From positions 101,527-165,526 of IMG/VR virus record IMGVR_UViG_3300037247_000655: 64,000 nt of DNA; one strand, 5' to 3'. Position numbers and translations under genes: made by a program. Position 1 is the stretch's first letter. The number at the start of each line of letters is the position of its first letter. The DNA comes from a virus. A model generated the notes under the pieces. It searched no databases. It worked only from the letters and a program-made list of their open reading frames with translations, and had not been told where the DNA came from. Positions 60,034 through 64,000 of this stretch are shown here, in pieces.

Positions 60034-60360
60034 TTAAGTAAAGAGCTTTCGAAGATTTGCATCTCTCTGTTGATTCAGATGAGCGTCAGTGTCTGGGGAC
60101 GCGGTATTATCGGGGTTTTGAACCTCTTTGACTATGTCGTATTTAGTTGGATCACGATAGAAAGCGACATCGTTGTTCCATATCAACCAACAACATTCCC
60201 CAAGTTTGGGGAAATCACTGTCTCCAAGGAATTCTTCTGGATACTCAATGATAGTCAGCCTTGTACCAGAGAAAGGACCTGTTCTTATGACAATAATGTC
60301 TCCAGGTTTAGCATGGTCAGTGCTCATTACTGTTCTCCGCACATTCTTCTTTACTACCAT
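60034..60360 (-). CDS. Small protein, paralog of 57285-57602
   Basis: AKPGDII..IIEYP..QRDANL; likely start MSTD. Confidence 0.6.
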   Translation of the reverse strand: MVVKKNVRRTVMSTDHAKPGDIIVIRTGPFSGTRLTIIEYPEEFLGDSDFPKLGECCWLIWNNDVAFYRDPTKYDIVKEVQNPDNTASPDTDAHLNQQRDANLRKLFT

Positions 60361-61237
60361 GAGATAGAGAACAGGACATATGCGTACGAATAACCCTGTT
60401 CGACATAAGCTCCATTATCTTTAGCCCACTGGGCTATTTTAGCCAGAGTATCCAAGGGATATGTACGTTCAGATTTTTTATCGTCCCATTCCCACTCCCC
60501 GTCATCAAGTGACACTCTCTTGTAGGAGTCATTCCTCTGCTCGCCGCAGATCAGCTCCCTCATTTCCTTGTCTGGCAAATCGTTGCAATTAAATACGCTG
60601 ACCAGCTTCATATTCTGTTCTCCTTTTGTTCCCCGATACTCTTCCTGGGCGCATCAAGAAACCTACTGTTATTGACAACACAATAGGCTTTTTTGGCGAG
60701 CCCACTCTGTTTTCCCTGCCGTAATCGTATTATCCCAAAGCGTTTCTAGCCCATTCTGCTATCTGTTCGTACCCATCGATTCCTTTGGTGTTTTCTTCTG
60801 CCATATCAAGGATGTGTCGCAAGGTTTGAAGGTAATCTTTGGATTCGACAACACATTCCTCCATATAACCTCCACATTCTAGACAAATTGGCCAGCCATA
60901 CTCTTGGATATTACCGAGTATCCTTGTCATGTTTCCCTGGACGTGGTGTACTTCACGACACTTATTGCACATGAACTCTATGCCGTATGTTTTCATAGCC
61001 TTACCCCTCTCTTTTGTGTCCTGCAAACACCCCCCCCTAAGACCATGGAATGTCCGACATGTATAACCAGATGTTATATGCATCTTGCACGGCTACCTTC
61101 TCACTACAACCACCGGCCATCGTGATTTCCACCATTTTCCCAGCACTTCTACATTTCTCGATAGTAATTGCACTAGGGATTTTAACGACGTGATCAAGGT
61201 TGATCAGTGTTCCATCACTCAATTTTTTGCATATCAT
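60354..61237 (-). other. Small hypothetical CDSs (60354-60611, ORF ending 60730, 61037-61237)
   Basis: Co-oriented ORFs with RBS. Confidence 0.5.
60647..60703 (-). promoter_or_regulatory. Long imperfect intergenic hairpin
   Basis: GGGC..CAAAAAAGCCTATTGT-loop-ACAGTAGGTTTCTTG..GCCC, with G-U pairs on the minus strand. Confidence 0.5.
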
Positions 61238-61467
61238 CGACTTCTCTCTTTACAGGACGTTAGCCACAACAATATCACGAAGTGAGCACACAAACAAGAC
61301 GAAGTCCGGACGTTCTTCGGACCCTATCGTCACATTGACCCACTTTACGCCACCCACACCCACTGACTCCCACACGCCTACGAAATCGTATATAAACAAA
61401 CCAAACTGGCTATGTATTGGGGTCGTCGTCGCAGTGCTAAAATGCCGTTTTTGACCCCATTAAGCCA

Positions 61468-62715
61468 CTATTCTACCGTGTCACCAATACAGACTATGAC
61501 AAATAGGACTAAGATCAAACAGACCCAAATGGCTGTACTGCCCATCTCCGTCTCCTATATACGAAAAACCTCACTGGCGCTATCAAGGATGGTGTTTATT
61601 GACAAACCACCCTCTAGGCACGCATTCGTACTATTACGGTGATGATTGTCCGATTTTCTTCGCGTAGTAGATAGTCCATGCCAACAAGAAATGCATTGAG
61701 ATTGTCCATAATATCCCCTGATAGGTTCCAAATGCACTTTGTACACCAAGAGATCCCGCAATAGCGAGTAATCCCCATGTGACACTTATGATCAATCTCA
61801 TCAATCTTACCCCTTAACACTAACAAAGAGTAGCACCCAGGATTTTGCAGGCGCTCGGTTTTGGATTCTTACCTTCTGATGCCAAATAACCAATACAAAG
61901 ACACTAGTAGACTGATCAACCAAAATCCTCCTATACGGAGCCCAAACGCACTTTCTACATGGTAATACCCCGCCACGGCGATTATTCCCCAGGTCATAGA
62001 AGAGATTATGATCATCAAACTTACCTCCTACTAGCACTATGTAACTAAGTGCCTACGAGTTGTGTCCGGAAATGGGGCAGATGTGGGGTTCTGACCTGGA
62101 TCAGAGGCACACCTGGACTAATCAAAAACTCCCAATACTTCTCTGAAAACCCCGGATAGTTTGTTTTTGGGCTCGTATAGCTACTTTGGGGCGATAACTA
62201 GGGGAGGGGAATTAGAATATATCCATGGATAGTATGACATAGATGGTCACCACTATCATTGCCAAGGAGAAACAAAGGTCTACTGGATCCCTCCTATTAT
62301 TACCGCACATAGCTTTAACCCCTTGCTTAGACATACAATATGTAGTTATGATACCCCTGTGATACCCCCTATATATGGTGTGTTTACTCCCACAAACCGG
62401 TAGGTCCAAACCAACATTCAATGCATAATAATACCAATAGCAGACCTATCCACATCAAGATAATAGGGATATATCGCATGCCATCGGGCGTCCCATTACT
62501 ATGGTAGGGTCCACCAGGATCTCCATATGTCATTTCTCACACCACCCCTCCTTCTTGTACCCACTACATGTAGTTGCGAACCCTCTGATACCCCCACTAC
62601 ATATGGTATGTGACGACTAGAAAATCATACCTACGCTAGCTAAGAAGAAAAAGGTGACAAAGACTGCGATAGGGATCAACCACCAATCGCTTGGACCATC
62701 AGCGTTGTAGCACAT
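61468..62715 (-). other. Micro single-TM peptide ORFs (61468-61545, 62212-62310, 62384-62533, 62617-62715)
   Basis: Hand translation gives 25-49 aa peptides, each with one hydrophobic helix and a purine-rich leader. Confidence 0.45.
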
Positions 62716-62858
62716 ACTATTTCTCCCACCCTCTTTCTTGTACCCTACTACTAAAGGGAAATCCCAGAGATTACTAAAAGTATGCTGATTGCAAGTAGTA
62801 TCAACAAACAGATGGTTTGAATAAAGAAGCAAGTGTTGTTTGACATCGTGCTGGTTCC

Positions 62859-63110
62859 TTATTCAGGTAATTCAACAACTATTCCGCGATGAGAGGGTGA
62901 TATTTCCAGTCCGGTTGAACGATCCAGACTATGATAAATCTGCATTTTCCCTTCTTCGGTGATACGTGCAATCTTACCACGGACTATAGGTTTGCCGGTA
63001 TTATCTACGACAATCAGATCGACACCATGTCCATCACTACGGTCCTCTAATTTCAGGTTAATCTCCGTTACTTGGCTTTCCTCGAATACTCGGATAGTTC
63101 TCGTGGACAT
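62859..63110 (-). CDS. Hypothetical protein
   Basis: AGGAG RBS. Confidence 0.6.
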   Translation of the reverse strand: MSTRTIRVFEESQVTEINLKLEDRSDGHGVDLIVVDNTGKPIVRGKIARITEEGKMQIYHSLDRSTGLEISPSHRGIVVELPE

Positions 63111-63377
63111 ACTATTTCTCCTATACTAAAACAAACACAGGATAAACTGACTAAGGCGCCAGACACAGATTGCAGTGCAAAGTGTGTCTACAACAAATAT
63201 TGTACCCTAACCCCACCGATAGGATACGCGGATAGTCCTTAGGGACGAAGCGCGCCAAGCTGGTGGCCTTGACGCCCTTAACTATCCTCCCCAAAAAGAA
63301 AAGATGCGCCGAACCCCCACCAATCCGAGCGCCACTGACTCTCCGCAAATCTGCTTAGGTAGTCAGTTTCCCGAAAA

Positions 63378-63473
63378 GCCACCAGACGGGATTTGAACCC
63401 GCAAACATCCTGTTCACCCAGTCATTAACCATGGGCTACTGAGGACAGCTTTACCATTTAGCTTACTGGTGAC
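63378..63473 (-). ncRNA. tRNA-like RNA with a 28-nt structured insert in place of the anticodon loop
   Basis: G-TCACCAG/CTGGTGG-C acceptor, AGCT-AAATGGTAA-AGCT D-arm, GCGGG-TTCAAAT-CCCGT T-arm. Confidence 0.7.
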
Positions 63474-63553
63474 ATGCCAGTTGAATAGACTTACAGCTTC
63501 GGGCTTCTGTATCCTTCCGGACCGGCTTCTTTCTATTCAATTTACACTGGCAT
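63474..63553 (-). ncRNA. Candidate structured RNA abutting the tRNA-like element
   Basis: ATGCCAG/CTGGCAT and TTGAATAGA/TCTATTCAA stems enclosing TCC-GGAA-GGA and TACAG/CTGTA hairpins. Confidence 0.45.
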
Positions 63554-63692
63554 TAAATGAACTATGCCCCAGCAAATGAATCTAGCTATTTGTGATTCCG
63601 GGACAGTTTTGTAAGTTCTTAGTTCTATAGGCTTTTTCTAATTTACCTACCAGGGCTGTATCTCAAAACGCGAGACGGTATTGCTAGACAAT

Positions 63693-63736
63693 AAAAAAGG
63701 GTACAATGCGCCAAACTATCTGGCATATCGTACCCT
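63693..63736 (-). terminator. Intrinsic terminator
   Basis: AGGGTACGATATGCCA-loop-TGGCGCATTGTACCCT followed by TTTTT. Confidence 0.7.
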
Positions 63737-64000
63737 CATACATCCGTTTATTCGCGCCGACCCTGAGTCATACCTGTTCAGCGTACCCTTAGACACGCGC
63801 CCTGCAAAAGACGAACATCTTAGGAATCCAAACAAGAATCGAAATAGTATACTACCTTAGAAAGTGGGACCATTGCGTCCTAGTCGACGTTCCGACCTCG
63901 ATAATTAAATCCAAGATAGAAGTGGACTATTAAAAAGACTTGCTATAAGGAATGCCTATCGGTATGACATTGCGCCCGTGGTGGCTACTAACCTGATCGA

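Noticed and set aside
63151-63348. 65-aa ORF in the terminal region
   Set aside because: TTG start without a clear RBS, overlapping inverted repeats; more likely non-coding.
63474-63553. Firm call as SRP RNA or twister ribozyme
   Set aside because: Only partial motif matches (TCCGGAAGGA; GCCGGTCC..AAGCCCG) were found and the required flanking pairings are missing. Kept only as a candidate.
1-64000. Stop-codon reassignment
   Set aside because: Conserved genes are intact under code 11, and TAA, TAG and TGA all act as stops.

Overview
The window looks like a segment of a large dsDNA bacteriophage genome. Genes are tightly packed and almost all on the minus strand, with homing endonucleases, an intein, tRNAs and many small orphan ORFs. 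No capsid or tail genes are visible, so 'phage' is an inference. The standard genetic code fits. The host may be a planctomycete, based on recalled protein families (unverified). Left part (1-32 kb): a heptose-kinase/glycosyltransferase cluster followed by replication and nucleotide genes. These are a C-terminally truncated DnaE, primase, DnaB, RecA, RNase HI, two PD-(D/E)XK nucleases, dCMP deaminase, intein-containing NrdJ and ThyX. It also holds a Xer-ClpP-sigma cassette and an orphan BrxL. Middle (32-49 kb): peptide deformylase, a histone-fold-like protein, a DUF2997/DUF1257/DUF3150/AAA-ATPase module, a radical SAM enzyme and a kinase-phosphatase. The best candidate for a new system is a complete ubiquitin-like conjugation operon at 45.2-48.8 kb: Ubl, a small helical protein, an internal terminator, an E2 fused to 21 CxxC repeats, a JAB peptidase and an E1. 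Right part (49-64 kb): small accessory genes, tRNA-Glu and tRNA-Leu, a tRNA-adjacent HTH/LAGLIDADG-like gene, micro membrane peptides, and a non-coding region with a tRNA-like RNA that has an enlarged anticodon arm. Features not in the ORF track include an ATT-initiated gene and a four-copy promoter motif. All family assignments come from motif recognition by eye; no database searches were run.
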